64,000 nucleotides of DNA from assembly GCF_009914755.1 (NCBI RefSeq), contig NC_060948.1; one strand, 5' to 3'. The stretch is from the human T2T-CHM13v2.0 reference genome, Homo sapiens. The position numbers were made by a program, and so were the translations under genes. The notes below the pieces were generated by a model. That model was not told where the DNA came from. It worked only from the letters and a program-made list of their open reading frames with translations, and did no database searches. Below are positions 1 through 14,185 of this stretch, one piece after another (within the stretch, counting starts at the first letter, position 1; each line of letters begins with the position of its first letter).

Positions 1-715
1 GTAATGGACTGGAGTGAAATGGACTGGAAAGGAATGGACTCAAATTGAAAGGGCTCGAAAGGAATGGAGTCAAATGGAATGGTCTGGAATGGAATGAACA
101 CGAATGTAATGCAATCCAATAGAATGGAATCGAATGGCATGGAATATAAAGAAATGGAATCGAAGAGAATGGAAACAAATGGAATGGAATTGAATGGAAT
201 GGAATTGAATGGAATGGGAACGAATGGAGTGAAATTGTATGCAGTAGAAGGGAATAGAATGGAATGCAAGCGAAAGGAAAGGAATGGATTGGAATGGAAT
301 GGAATTCATTGGAATGGAAGGGAATGTAGTGTAATGGACAGGTCTGGAATAAAGTGGAATGCTACGGTCTCGAATGGAATAAAAATGTATGGAATGGAAT
401 GCAATGAAACGGAATCGAATGTCATAGAATGTAATGGAATGCAAAAAAATGGAATCCAAAATCATTGACTGGAAAGGCTGGGTGTCGAAAGGAATTGACT
501 CCAATGGAATGGAATCGAATGGAATGGAAGTGAATAGAATCGAACTAAATCGAATGGAATGGAATTGATAGGAACGGAATGGAAAGGAATGCAATGATTT
601 GGCATGGAATGGAATCGAATGGCATCGAATGGAATGGAATGGAATGCAATGGAATGGAAAGTATTAGAATGTAATGAACTTTAATGGAATGTACTCGAAT
701 GGATTCGACTGGAAT

Positions 716-730
716 GGAATGTTCTGGAAG
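716..730. promoter_or_regulatory. Perfect 3-unit heat-shock element motif (site A), repeated in every unit
   Basis: gGAAt-gTTCt-gGAAg matches nGAAnnTTCnnGAAn. Also seen at 4284, 7823, 11362, 14901, 18440, 21984, 25536, 29079, 32653, 36252, 39816, 43364, 46948, 50532, 54106, 57680, 61259. Motif match is certain; binding is not shown. Confidence 0.6.
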
Positions 731-995
731 TGAATGGACTCCAATGGAATGGATTCCAAAGGAATGGAATCGTACGGAATGGAATCTAATGGAATGGAAT
801 TAAATGGAAATGAATCAAATTGAATAGCACGGAATTGAATTGAATGGAATGGAATGCAATGGAATCTAATGAAACGGAAAGGAAAGGAATGGAATGGAAT
901 GGAATGGGCTGGAATGGAAAGGAATCGAAACGAATGGAATGGAATCGAACTGAAGAGACTGGAATGGAATGCACTGGAATGGAAGGGAGTGTAAT

Positions 996-1010
996 GGAAG
1001 GTTCTCGAAA
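996..1010. promoter_or_regulatory. Perfect 3-unit heat-shock element motif (site B), repeated in every unit
   Basis: gGAAg-gTTCt-cGAAa, 280 bp downstream of site A. GGAAGGTTCTCGAAA is present in all 18 units. Binding is not shown. Confidence 0.6.
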
Positions 1011-2021
1011 AAAATGGAATCGAATGGAATGGAATTGAATGGAACGGAATAGAGTCGAATGGAATTGAATGGAATGGAATGGACTAGAGTGAAATGGAAT
1101 CGAACCACAAGGGATGGACAGGAATACAATGGTCTCGAATTGAATGGAATCGTATGGAATGGCATCAAACGGAATGGAATGGACAGCCACGGAATGGAAT
1201 GCACTCGAATGCAATGGAGTCGAAACAAATGGACTGGAATAGAATGGACTCGACTGGTACGGACTCCAATGGAATGGAATCGAATGGAAGGGAATCGAAC
1301 GGAATGGACTCGAAGGGAAAAGACTGCAATGGAAAGGTCTCGAATGGAATGGAAATTAATGGAATGGAATGGAATCCAATGAAATGGAGTCAAAAGGAAT
1401 GGAATCGAATGGCAAGAAATCGAATGTAATGGAATCGCCAGGAATTGATGTGAACGGAACGGAATGGAATGGAATCCAAAGGAATGGAATAGAATGGAAT
1501 GGAATCGAATGGAAAGGACTCGAATGGAAATCACTCGAATAGAATGCAATTTAATAAAATAGGATCAAATGTAATGGAATGGAATGGAAAGGAATCGAAA
1601 CGAAAGGAATGGAGACAGATGGAATGGAATGGAACAGAGAGCAATGGTATAGAATGGAATGGAATCATCTGGAATGGAATTGAATGGAATGGAATAATAT
1701 GAAATGGAATGGAATGGAATGGAATGGAATGCCCTTGAATTAAATGGACTGGAATGGAATGGACTCGAACAGAGTGGAATGGAAAGTGTTGAGATAGAAT
1801 GGAATGGACTCCTTTGGAATGGTGTAGTATGCAATGCAATCGACTGGCAGGGAATCAAAAGGAATGTAATGGAATGGACTGGACTGGAATGCAATGGACT
1901 CGAATAGATTGGAAACGGAATGCAAAGGAATGGAATGGAATAGTATGGAATGGAATGGAAAGGAATGGAATGGAATAGACTAGAGTGGAATGGAATGGAC
2001 TGGAAAGCAATGGACTGGAAT

Positions 2022-2036
2022 GGAACTTTCTTGAAT
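2022..2036. promoter_or_regulatory. Perfect 3-unit heat-shock element motif (site C), polymorphic among units
   Basis: gGAAc-tTTCt-tGAAt is intact in units 1-5 and 7 (2022, 5590, 9119, 12668, 16197, 23290). TTC>TTA in unit 6 (19741); last GAA>GGA in units 8-18. Confidence 0.5.
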
Positions 2037-3498
2037 GGACTGGAATCAAACGGAATGGAATGCAATGCAATCAAATGGCATGGAATAAAATAGAATGAAG
2101 AAAATGAAATGGAATTGAATCGAATGGAATCGAATGGATTGGAAAGGAATAGAATGGAATGGAATGGAATTGACTCAAATGGAATGGACTAGAATGGAAT
2201 GGATTCGAATGGAAGGCAAAGGAATGGAATCTATTGGAATGGACTGTAATGGAATGGAATGGAAGGGATTGGAATGGACTCGAATGGAATGGACTGCAAT
2301 AGAAAGGATTCGAATGGAATGAAAAAGAATTGAATGGAATAGAACAGAATGGAATCAAATCGAATGAAATGGAATGGAATAGAAAGGAATGGAATGAAAT
2401 GGAATGGAAAGGATTCGAATGGAATGCAATCGAATGGAATGGAATCGAACGGAATGGAATAAAATGGAAGAAAACTGGCAAGAAATGGAATCGAAATGAA
2501 TGGAGTGTTATGGAACGGACTCAAAAGGAATTGAATGTAATAGAATGGAGTGGAGTGGACTCGAATATAATGGACTGGAATGGAATGAAATCACATGGAA
2601 TGGGAACGAATGGAATGGAATGGAAAGGAATGGAATCGAATGGAAAGGAATCGAATGGAAGGGAATGAAATTGAATCAACAGGAATGGAAGGGAATAGAA
2701 TAGACGGTAATGGAATGGACTCGAATAGAATGGACACGAATGCTCAAATTGAATGGACTCGAATGGAATGGAAACGAAAGGAATGTCATCGAATGGAATT
2801 GAATCGATTGGAATGAAATCGCATAGAATGGAGTGGAATCAAATGGAATTCAATCGAAAGGAAAGGAAGCGAATGGACTGAAATGAAATGGAATGGAATT
2901 GAATGGAAAGTTATGTAATGGAATACAATGGAACGAAATTTCACGGAATGGAATCAAACTGAATGGAATCAAATCAATGGAATCAAATCAAATGGAATGG
3001 AAAGGAATTGAATGGAGTAGATTGGATGGGATGGGATTGGAATGAAATGTACTGGAAAGGACTCGAATTTCATGAAACGGAATGGAATGAATTGGAACGG
3101 AATGGATTCGAATGGAATGGAATGTCAGGGAATGGCATCAAATGGAATGGCATCAAATGGAATGGAATCGAATGCAATGGAATGCTATGGAATGGAATGG
3201 AATGCATTGGAATGGAATGTCCTCTAATGGAATGGATTCGAGTGGAATGGAATCGAATATAATGGAGTCGAATGAAATGGAATTGAAAGGAATAGGATCG
3301 AATACAATGGAATATACTGGAATGTAATTTAATGAACTCGAATGTAATTGACTGGAATGGAATGTACATGAATGGAATGTAATCGAATGGAAAGTAATCC
3401 AATGGAATAGAATCTAATGCAATAAAATCGACTCAGATAGAGTAGAATGTAATGGAATGGAGTGCAGTGCAATGGAATGGAATGGAATGGAATGCAAT

Positions 3499-3553
3499 GG
3501 AATGGAATGGAATGGAATGGAATGGAATGGAATGGAATGGAATGGAATGGAAT
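3499..3553 (+). repeat. Pure (GGAAT)11 tract at unit end; length-variable counterpart in each unit
   Basis: Uninterrupted GGAAT x11 here; x9 at 7038-7082, x7 at 21219-21253, x10 at 35462-35511, x7 at 53331-53365, x8 at 60479-60518. Confidence 0.9.
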
Positions 3554-3568
3554 GGTGTGGAATGGATA

Positions 3569-6500
3569 GTAATGGACTGGAGTGAAATGGACTGGAAAGG
3601 AATGGACTCAAATTGAAAGGGCTCGAAAGGAATGGAATCAAATGGAATGGTCTGGAATGGAATGAACACGAATGTAATGCAATCCAATAGAATGGAATCG
3701 AATGGCATGGAATATAAAGAAATGGAATCGAAGAGAATGGAAACAAATGGAATGGAATTGAGTGGAATGGAATTGAATGGAATGGGAACGAATGGAGTGA
3801 AATTGTATGCAGTAGAAGAGAATAGAATGGAATGCAAGCGAAAGGAAAGGAATGGATTGGAATGGAATGCAATTCATTGGAATGGAAGGGAATGTAGTGT
3901 AATGGACAGGCCTGGAATAAAGTGGAATGCTACGGTCTCGAATGGAATAAAAATGTATGGAATGGAATGCAATGAAACGGAATCGAATGTCATAGAATGT
4001 AATGGAATGCAACAAAATGGAATCCAAAATCATTGACTGGAAAGGCTGGGTGTCGAAAGGAATTGACTCCAATGGAATGGAATCGAATGGAATGGAAGTG
4101 AATAGAATCGAACTAAATCGAATGGAATGGAATTGATAGGAACGGAATGGAAAGGAATGCAATGATTTGGCATGGAATGGAATCAAATGGCATCGAATGG
4201 AATGGAATGGAATGCAATGGAATGGAATGTATTAGAATGTAATGAACTTTAATGGAATGTACTCGAATGGATTCGACTGGAATGGAATGTTCTGGAAGTG
4301 AATGGACTCCAATGGAATGGATTCAAAAGGAATGGAATCGTACGGAATGGAATCTAATGGAATGGAATTAAATGGAAATGAATCAAATTGAATAGCACGG
4401 AATTGAATTGAATGGAATGGAATGCAATGGAATCTAATGAAACGGAAAGGAAAGGAATGGAATGGAATGGAATGGGCTGGAATGGAAAGGAATCGAAACG
4501 AATGGAATTAAATCGAACTGAAGAGACTGGAATGGAATGCACTGGAATCGAAGGGAGTGTAATGGAAGGTTCTCGAAAAAAATGGAATCGAATGGAATGG
4601 AATTGAATGGAACGGAATAGAGTCGAATGGAATTGAATGGAATGGAATGGACTAGAGTGAAATGGAATCGAACCACAAGGAATGGACAGGAATAGAATGG
4701 TCTCGAATTGAATGGAATCGTATGGAATGGCATCAAACGGAATGGAATGGACAGCCACGGAATGGAATGCACTCGAATGCAATGGAGTCGAAACTAATGG
4801 ACTGGAATAGAATGGACTCGACTGGTACGGACTCCAATGGAAGGGAATCGAATGGAAGGGAATCGAACGGAATGGACTCGAAGGGAAAAGACTGCAATGG
4901 AAAGGTCTCGAATGGAATGGAAATTAATGGAATGGAATGGAATCCAATGAAATGGAGTCAAAAGGAATGGAATCGAATGGCAAGAAATCGAATGTAATGG
5001 AATCGCAAGGAATTGATGTGAACGGAACGGAATGGAATGGAATCCAAAGGAATGGAATAGAATGGAATGGAATCGAATGGAAAGGACTCGAATGGAAATC
5101 ACTCGAATAGAATGCAACTTAATAAAATAGGATCAAATGTAATGGAATGGAATGGAAAGGAATCGAAACGAAAGGAATGGAGACAGATGGAATGGAATAG
5201 AACAGAGAGCAATGGTATAGAATGGAAAGGAATCATCTGGAATGGAATTGAATGGAATGGAATAATATGAAATGGAATGGAATGGAATGGAATGGAATGC
5301 CCTTGAATTAAATGGACTGGAATGGAAGGGACTCGAACAGAGTGGAATGGAAAGTGTTGAGATAGAATGGAATGGACTCGTTTGGAATGGTCTAGTATGC
5401 AATGCAATCGACTGGCAGGGAATCAAAAGGAATGTAATCGAATGGATTGGACTGGAATGCAATGGACTCGAATAGATTGCAAACGGAATGCAAAGGAATG
5501 GAATGGAATAGTATGGAATGGAATGGAAAGGAATGGAGTGGAATAGACTAGAGTGGAATGGAATGGACTGGGAAGCAATGGACTGGAATGGAACTTTCTT
5601 GAATGGACTAGAATCAAACGGAATGGAATGCAATGCAATCAAATGGCATGGAATAAAATAGAATGAAAGAGAATCAAATGGAATTGAATCGAATGGAATC
5701 GAATGGATTGGAAAGGAATAGAATGGAATGGAATGGAATGGACTAGAATGGAATGGATTCGAATGGAAGGCAAAGGAATGGAATCTATTGGAATGGACTG
5801 TAATGGAATGGAATGGAAGGGATTGGAATGGACTCGAATGGAATGGACTGCAATAGAAAGGATTCGAATGGAATGAAAAAGAATTGAATGGAATAGAACA
5901 GAATGGAATGAAATCGAATGAAATGGAATGGAATAGAAAGGAATGGAATGAAATGGAATGGAAAGGATTCGAATGGAATGCAATCGAATGGAATGGAATC
6001 GAACGGAATGGAATAAAATGGAAGAAAACTGGCAAGAAATGGAATCGAAATGAATGGAGTGTTATGGAACGGACTCAAAAGGAATTGAATGTAATAGAAT
6101 GGAGTGGAGTGGACTCGAATATAATGGACTGGAATGGAATGAAATCACATGGAATGGGAACGAATGGAATGGAATGGAAAGGAATGGAATCGAATGGAAA
6201 GGAATCGAATGGAAGGGAATGAAATTGAATCAACAGGAATGGAAGGGAATAGAATAGACGGTAATGGAATGGAATCGAATAGAATGGACACGAATGCTCA
6301 AATTGAATGGACTCGAATGGAATGGAAACGAAAGGAATGTCATCGAATGGAATTGAATCGATTGGAATGAAATCGCATAGAATGGAGTGGAATCAAATGG
6401 AATTGAATCGAAAGGAAAGGAAGCGAATGGACTGAAATGAAATGGAATGGAATTGAATGGAAAGTAATGCAATGGAATAGAATGGAACGAAATTTCACGG

Positions 6501-7107
6501 AATGGAATCAAACTGAATGGAATCAAATCAATGGAATCCAATCAAATGGAATGGAGTAGATTGGATTGGATGGGATTGGAATGAAATGTACTGGAAAGGA
6601 CTCGAATTTCATGAAACGGAATGGAATGAATTGGAACGGAATGGACTCGAATGGAATGGAATGTCATAGAATGGCATCAAATGGAATGGCATCAAATGGA
6701 ATGGAATCGAATGCAATGGAATGCTATGGAATGGAATGGAATGCATTGGAATGGAATGTCCTCTAATTGAATGGATTCGAGTGGAATGGAATCGAATATA
6801 ATGGTGTCGAATGAAATGGAATTGAAAGGAATGGGATCGAATACAATGGAATATACTGGAATGTAATGTAATGAACTCGAATGTAATTGACTGGAATGGA
6901 ATGTACATGAATGGAATGTAATCGAATGGAAAGTAATCCAATGGAATAGAATCTAATGCAATAAAATCGACTCAGATAGAGTAGAATGTAATGGAATGGA
7001 GTGCAGTGCAATGGAATGGAATGCAATGGAATGCAATGGAATGGAATGGAATGGAATGGAATGGAATGGAATGGAATGGAATGGGATGGAATGGTATGGA
7101 ATGGATG
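3569..7107. repeat. Unit 2 (3,539 bp)
   Basis: Anchor-to-anchor. Two 15-bp deletions (~5735, ~6545); canonical EcoRI site lost (GCAATTC). Confidence 0.9.
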
Positions 7108-10100
7108 GTAATGGACTGGAGTGAAATGGACTGGAAAGCAATGGACTCAAATTGAAAGGGCTTGAAAGGAATGGAGTCAAATGGAATGGTCTGGAATGGA
7201 ATGAACACGAAAGTAATGCAATCCAATAGAATGGAATCGAATGGCATGGAATATAATGAAATGGAATCGAAGAGAATGGAAACAAATGGAATGGAATTGA
7301 ATGGAATGGAATTGAATGGAATGGGAACGAATGGAGTGAAATTGTATGCAGTAGAAGGGAATAGAATGGAATGCAAGCGAAAGGAAAGGAATGGATTGGA
7401 AAGGAATGGAATTCATTGGAATGGAAGGGAATGTAGTGTAATGGACAGGCCTGGAATAAAGTGGAATGCTACGGTCTTGAATGGAATAAAAATGTATGGA
7501 ATGGAATGCAATGAAACGGAATCGAATGTCATAGAATGTAATGGAATGCAAAAAACTGGAATCCAAAATCATTGACTGGAAAGGCTGGGTGTCGAAAGGA
7601 ATTGACTCCAATGGAATGGAATCGAATGGAATGGAAGTGAATAGAATCGAACTAAATCGAATGGAATGGAATTGATAGGAACGGAATGGAAAGGAATGCA
7701 ATGATTTGGCACGGAATGGAATCGAATGGCATCGAACGGAATGGAATGGAATGCAATTGAATGAAACGTATTAGAATGTAATGAACTTTAATGGAATGTA
7801 CTCGAATGGATTCGACTGGAATGGAATGTTCTGGAAGTGAATGGACTCCAATGGAATGGATTCAAAAGGAATGGAATCGTACGGAATGGAATCTAATGGA
7901 ATGGAATTAAATGGAAATAAATCAAATTGAATAGCATGGAATTGAATTGAATGGAATCGAATGCAATGGAATCTAATGAAACGGAAAGGAAAGGAATGGA
8001 ATGGAATGGAATGGGCTGGAATGGAAAGGAATCGAAACGAATGGAATGGAATCGAACTGACGAGACTGGAATGGAATGCACTGGAATGGAAGGGAGTGTA
8101 ATGGAAGGTTCTCGAAAAAAATGGAATGGAATGGAATGGAATTGAATGGAACGGAATAGAGTCAAATGGATTTGAATGGAATGGAATGGACTAGAGTGAA
8201 ATGGAATCGAACAACAAGGAATGGACAGGAATAGAATGGTCTCGAATTGAATGGAATCGTATGGAATGGCATCAAACGGAATGGAATGGACAGCCACGGA
8301 ATGGAATGCACTCGAATGCAATGGAGTCGAAACTAATGGACTGGAATAGAATGGATTCGACTGGTACGGACTCCAATGGAATGGAATCGAATGGAAGGGA
8401 ATCGAACGGAACGGACTCGAAGGGAAAAGACTGCAATGGAAAGGTCTCGAATGGAATGGAAATTAATGGAATGGAATGGAATCGAATGAAATGGAGTCAA
8501 AAGGAATGGAATCGAATGGCAAGAAATCGAATGTAATGGAATCGCAAGGAATTGATGTGAACGGAACGGAATGGAATGGAATCCAAAGGAATGGAATAGA
8601 ATGGAATGGAATCGAATGGAAAGGTCTCGAATGGAAATCACTCGAATAGAATGCAATTTAATAAAATAGGATCAAATGTAATGGAATGGAATGGAAAGGA
8701 ATCGAAACGAAAGGAATGGAGACAGATGGAATGGAATGGAACAGAGAGCAATGGTATAGAATGGAATGGAATCATCAGGAATGGAATTGAATGGAATGGA
8801 ATAATATGAAATGGAATGGAATGGAATGCCCTTGAATTAAATGGACTGGAATGGAATGGACTCGAACAGAGTGGAATGGAAAGTGTTGAGATAGAATGGA
8901 ATGGACTCGTTTGGAATGGTCTAGTATGCAATGCAATCGACTGGCAGGGAATCAAAAGGAATGTAATGGAATGGATTGGACTGGAATGCAATGGACTCGA
9001 ATAGATTGGAAACGGAATGCAAAGGAATGGAATGGAATAGTATGGAATGGAATGGAAAGGAATGGAGTGGAATAGACTAGAGTGGAATGGAATGGACTGG
9101 AAAGCAATAGACTGGAATGGAACTTTCTTGAATGGACTGGAATCAAACGGAATGGAATGCAAGGCAATCAAATGGCATGGAATAAAATAGAATGAAAGAG
9201 AATCAAATGGAATTGAATCGAATGGAATCAAATGGATTGGAAAGGAACAGAATGGAATGGAATGGAATTGACTCAAATGGAATGGACTAGAATGGAATGG
9301 ATTCGAATGGAAGGCAAAGGAATGGAATCTATTGGAATGGACTGGAATGGAATGGAAGGAATTGGAATGGACTCGAATGGAATGGACTGCAATAGAAAGG
9401 ATTCGAATGGAATGAAAAAGAATTGAATGGAATAGAACAGAATGGAATCAAATCGAATGAAATGGAATGGAATAGAAAGGAATGGAATGAAATGGAATGG
9501 AATGCAATCGAATGGAATGGAATCGAACGGAATGGAATAAAATGGAAGAAAACTGGCAAGAAATGGAATAGAAATGAATGGAGTGTTATGGAACGGACTC
9601 AAAAGGAATTGAATGTAATAGAATGGAGTGGAGTGGACTCGAATATAATGGACTGGAATGGAATGAAATCACATGGAATGGGAACGAATGGAATGGAATG
9701 GAAAGGAATGGAATCGAATGGAAAGGAATCGAATGGAAGGGAATGAAATTGAATCAACAGGAATGGAAGGGAATAGAATAGACGGTAATGGAATGGACTC
9801 GAATAGAATGGACACGAATGCTCAAATTGAATGGACTCGAATGGAATGGAAACGAAAGGAATGTCATCGAATGGAATTGAATCGATTGGAATGAAATCGC
9901 ATAGAATGGAGTGGAATCAAATGGAATTCAATCGAAAGGAAAGGAAGCGAATGGACTGAAATGAAATGGAATGGAATTGAATGGAAAGTTATGTAATGGA
10001 ATACAATGGAACGAAATTTCACGGAATGGAATCAAACTGAATGGAATCAAATCAATGGAATCAAATCAAATGGAATGGAAAGGAATTGAATGGAGTAGAT

Positions 10101-10646
10101 TGGATGGGATGGGATTGGAATGAAATGTACTGGAAAGGACTCGAATTTCATGAAACGGAATGGAATGAATTGGAACGGAATGGATTCGAATGGAATGGAA
10201 TGTCAGGGAATGGCATCAAATGGAATGGCATCAAATGGAATGGAATCGAATGCAATGGAATGCTATGGAATGGAATGGAATGCATTGGAATGGAATGTCC
10301 TCTAATGGAATGGATTCGAGTGGAATGGAATCGAATATAATGGAGTCGAATGAAATGGAATTGAAAGGAATAGGATCGAATACAATGGAATATACTGGAA
10401 TGTAATTTAATGAACTCGAATGTAATTGACTGGAATGGAATGTACATGAATGGAATGTAATCGAATGGAAAGTAATCCAATGGAATAGAATCTAATGCAA
10501 TAAAATCGACTCAGATAGAGTAGAATGTAATGGAATGGAGTGCAGTGCAATGGAATGGAATGGAATGGAATGCAATGGAATGGAATGGAATGGAATGGAA
10601 TGGAATGGAATGGAATGGAATGGAATGGAATGGTGTGGAATGGATA
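7108..10646. repeat. Unit 3 (3,539 bp)
   Basis: Anchor-to-anchor. 10-, 5- and 15-bp losses; last ~0.9 kb carries unit-1 tail markers. Confidence 0.9.
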
Positions 10647-13600
10647 GTAATGGACTGGAGTGAAATGGACTGGAAAGGAATGGACTCAAATTGAAAGGGC
10701 TCGAAAGGAATGGAATCAAATGGAATGGTCTGGAATGGAATGAACACGAATGTAATGCAATCCAATAGAATGGAATCGAATGGCATGGAATATAAAGAAA
10801 TGGAATCGAAGAGAATGGAAACAAATGGAATGGAATTGAGTGGAATGGAATTGAATGGAATGGGAACGAATGGAGTGAAATTGTATGCAGTAGAAGAGAA
10901 TAGAATGGAATGCAAGCGAAAGGAAAGGAATGGATTGGAATGGAATGCAATTCATTGGAATGGAAGGGAATGTAGTGTAATGGACAGGCCTGGAATAAAG
11001 TGGAATGCTACGGTCTCGAATGGAATAAAAATGTATGGAATGGAATGCAATGAAACGGAATCGAATGTCATAGAATGTAATGGAATGCAACAAAATGGAA
11101 TCCAAAATCATTGACTGGAAAGGCTGGGTGTCGAAAGGAATTGACTCCAATGGAATGGAATCGAATGGAATGGAAGTGAATAGAATCGAACTAAATCGAA
11201 TGGAATGGAATTGATAGGAACGGAATGGAAAGGAATGCAATGATTTGGCATGGAATGGAATCAAATGGCATCGAATGGAATGGAATGGAATGCAATGGAA
11301 TGGAATGTATTAGAATGTAATGAACTTTAATGGAATGTACTCGAATGGATTCGACTGGAATGGAATGTTCTGGAAGTGAATGGACTCCAATGGAATGGAT
11401 TCAAAAGGAATGGAATCGTACGGAATGGAATCTAATGGAATGGAATTAAATGGAAATGAATCAAATTGAATAGCACGGAATTGAATTGAATGGAATGGAA
11501 TGCAATGGAATCTAATGAAACGGAAAGGAAAGGAATGGAATGGAATGGAATGGGCTGGAATGGAAAGGAATCGAAACGAATGGAATTAAATCGAACTGAA
11601 GAGACTGGAATGGAATGCACTGGAATCGAAGGGAGTGTAATGGAAGGTTCTCGAAAAAAATGGAATCGAATGGAATGGAATTGAATGGAACGGAATAGAG
11701 TCGAATGGAATTGAATGGAATGGAATGGACTAGAGTGAAATGGAATCGAACCACAAGGAATGGACAGGAATAGAATGGTCTCGAATTGAATGGAATCGTA
11801 TGGAATGGCATCAAACGGAATGGAATGGACAGCCACGGAATGGAATGCACTCGAATGCAATGGAGTCGAAACTAATGGACTGGAATAGAATGGACTCGAC
11901 TGGTACGGACTCCAATGGAAGGGAATCGAATGGAAGGGAATCGAACGGAATGGACTCGAAGGGAAAAGACTGCAATGGAAAGGTCTCGAATGGAATGGAA
12001 ATTAATGGAATGGAATGGAATCCAATGAAATGGAGTCAAAAGGAATGGAATCGAATGGCAAGAAATCGAATGTAATGGAATCGCAAGGAATTGATGTGAA
12101 CGGAACGGAATGGAATGGAATCCAAAGGAATGGAATAGAATGGAATGGAATCGAATGGAAAGGACTCGAATGGAAATCACTCGAATAGAATGCAACTTAA
12201 TAAAATAGGATGAAATGTAATGGAATGGAATGGAAAGGAATCGAAACGAAAGGAATGGAGACAGATGGAATGGAATAGAACAGAGAGCAATGGTATAGAA
12301 TGGAAAGGAATCATCTGGAATGGAATTGAATGGAATGGAATAATATGAAATGGAATGGAATGGAATGGAATGGAATGCCCTTGAATTAAATGGACTGGAA
12401 TGGAAGGGACTCGAACAGAGTGGAATGGAAAGTGTTGAGATAGAATGGAATGGACTCGTTTGGAATGGTCTAGTATGCAATGCAATCGACTGGCAGGGAA
12501 TCAAAAGGAATGTAATCGAATGGATTGGACTGGAATGCAATGGACTCGAATAGATTGCAAACGGAATGCAAAGGAATGGAATGGAATAGTATGGAATGGA
12601 ATGGAAAGGAATGGAGTGGAATAGACTAGAGTGGAATGGAATGGACTGGGAAGCAATGGACTGGAATGGAACTTTCTTGAATGGACTAGAATCAAACGGA
12701 ATGGAATGCAATGCAATCAAATGGCATGGAATAAAATAGAATGAAAGAGAATCAAATGGAATTGAATCGAATGGAATCGAATGGATTGGAAAGGAATAGA
12801 ATGGAATGGAATGGAATGGACTAGAATGGAATGGATTCGAATGGAAGGCAAAGGAATGGAATCTATTGGAATGGACTGTAATGGAATGGAATGGAAGGGA
12901 TTGGAATGGACTCGAATGGAATGGACTGCAATAGAAAGGATTCGAATGGAATGAAAAAGAATTGAATGGAATAGAACAGAATGGAATGAAATCGAATGAA
13001 ATGGAATGGAATAGAAAGGAATGGAATGAAATGGAATGGAAAGGATTCGAATGGAATGCAATCGAATGGAATGGAATCGAACGGAATGGAATAAAATGGA
13101 AGAAAACTGGCAAGAAATGGAATCGAAATGAATGGAGTGTTATGGAACGGACTCAAAAGGAATTGAATGTAATAGAATGGAGTGGAGTGGACTCGAATAT
13201 AATGGACTGGAATGGAATGAAATCACATGGAATGGGAACGAATGGAATGGAATGGAAAGGAATGGAATCGAATGGAAAGGAATCGAATGGAAGGGAATGA
13301 AATTGAATCAACAGGAATGGAAGGGAATAGAATAGACGGTAATGGAATGGAATCGAATAGAATGGACACGAATGCTCAAATTGAATGGACTCGAATGGAA
13401 TGGAAACGAAAGGAATGTCATCGAATGGAATTGAATCGATTGGAATGAAATCGCATAGAATGGAGTGGAATCAAATGGAATTGAATCGAAAGGAAAGGAA
13501 GCGAATGGACTGAAATGAAATGGAATGGAATTGAATGGAAAGTAATGCAATGGAATAGAATGGAACGAAATTTCACGGAATGGAATCAAACTGAATGGAA

Positions 13601-14185
13601 TCAAATCAATGGAATCCAATCAAATGGAATGGAGTAGATTGGATTGGATGGGATTGGAATGAAATGTACTGGAAAGGACTCGAATTTCATGAAACGGAAT
13701 GGAATGAATTGGAACGGAATGGACTCGAATGGAATGGAATGTCATAGAATGGCATCAAATGGAATGGCATCAAATGGAATGGAATCGAATGCAATGGAAT
13801 GCTATGGAATGGAATGGAATGCATTGGAATGGAATGTCCTCTAATTGAATGGATTCGAGTGGAATGGAATCGAATATAATGGTGTCGAATGAAATGGAAT
13901 TGAAAGGAATGGGATCGAATACAATGGAATATACTGGAATGTAATGTAATGAACTCGAATGTAATTGACTGGAATGGAATGTACATGAATGGAATGTAAT
14001 CGAATGGAAAGTAATCCAATGGAATAGAATCTAATGCAATAAAATCGACTCAGATAGAGTAGAATGTAATGGAATGGAGTGCAGTGCAATGGAATGGAAT
14101 GCAATGGAATGCAATGGAATGGAATGGAATGGAATGGAATGGAATGGAATGGAATGGAATGGGATGGAATGGTATGGAATGGATG
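10647..14185. repeat. Unit 4 (3,539 bp), near-identical copy of unit 2
   Basis: Same private variants as unit 2 at offset 7,078. Confidence 0.9.

Larger units (their letters stand above)
1..3568. repeat. Unit 1 (3,568 bp), left-hand type
   Basis: Anchor GTAATGGACTGGAGTGAAAT at 1 and 3569. Private net 1-bp loss near 2099; HaeIII site mutated to GGTC at 341-344. Confidence 0.9.

Noticed and set aside
471-490. G-rich landmark GGAAAGGCTGGGTGTCG as a possible G-quadruplex or foreign insert
   Set aside because: It has only one GGG run and stays in pentamer register, so it is best read as heavily substituted pentamers.
2934-3077. Additional HSE-like words CGAAATTTCACGGAA and CGAATTTCATGAAAC
   Set aside because: Each has only two correctly spaced units (third is GGA, or spacing is off by one), so they were not counted as perfect elements.
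348-3426. Several AATAAA hexamers per unit (e.g. ~348, 378, 1553, 2084, 2458, 3421)
   Set aside because: They arise easily from GGAAT+AAAAT pentamer variants. There is no clear downstream U/GU-rich element and no transcript evidence available.
11872-13113. Longest ORF (413 aa, minus strand)
   Set aside because: It exists only because the single C>G change at 12212 removes a stop that is present in the sister copy (5133-5135) and other units, so it is a chance read-through.
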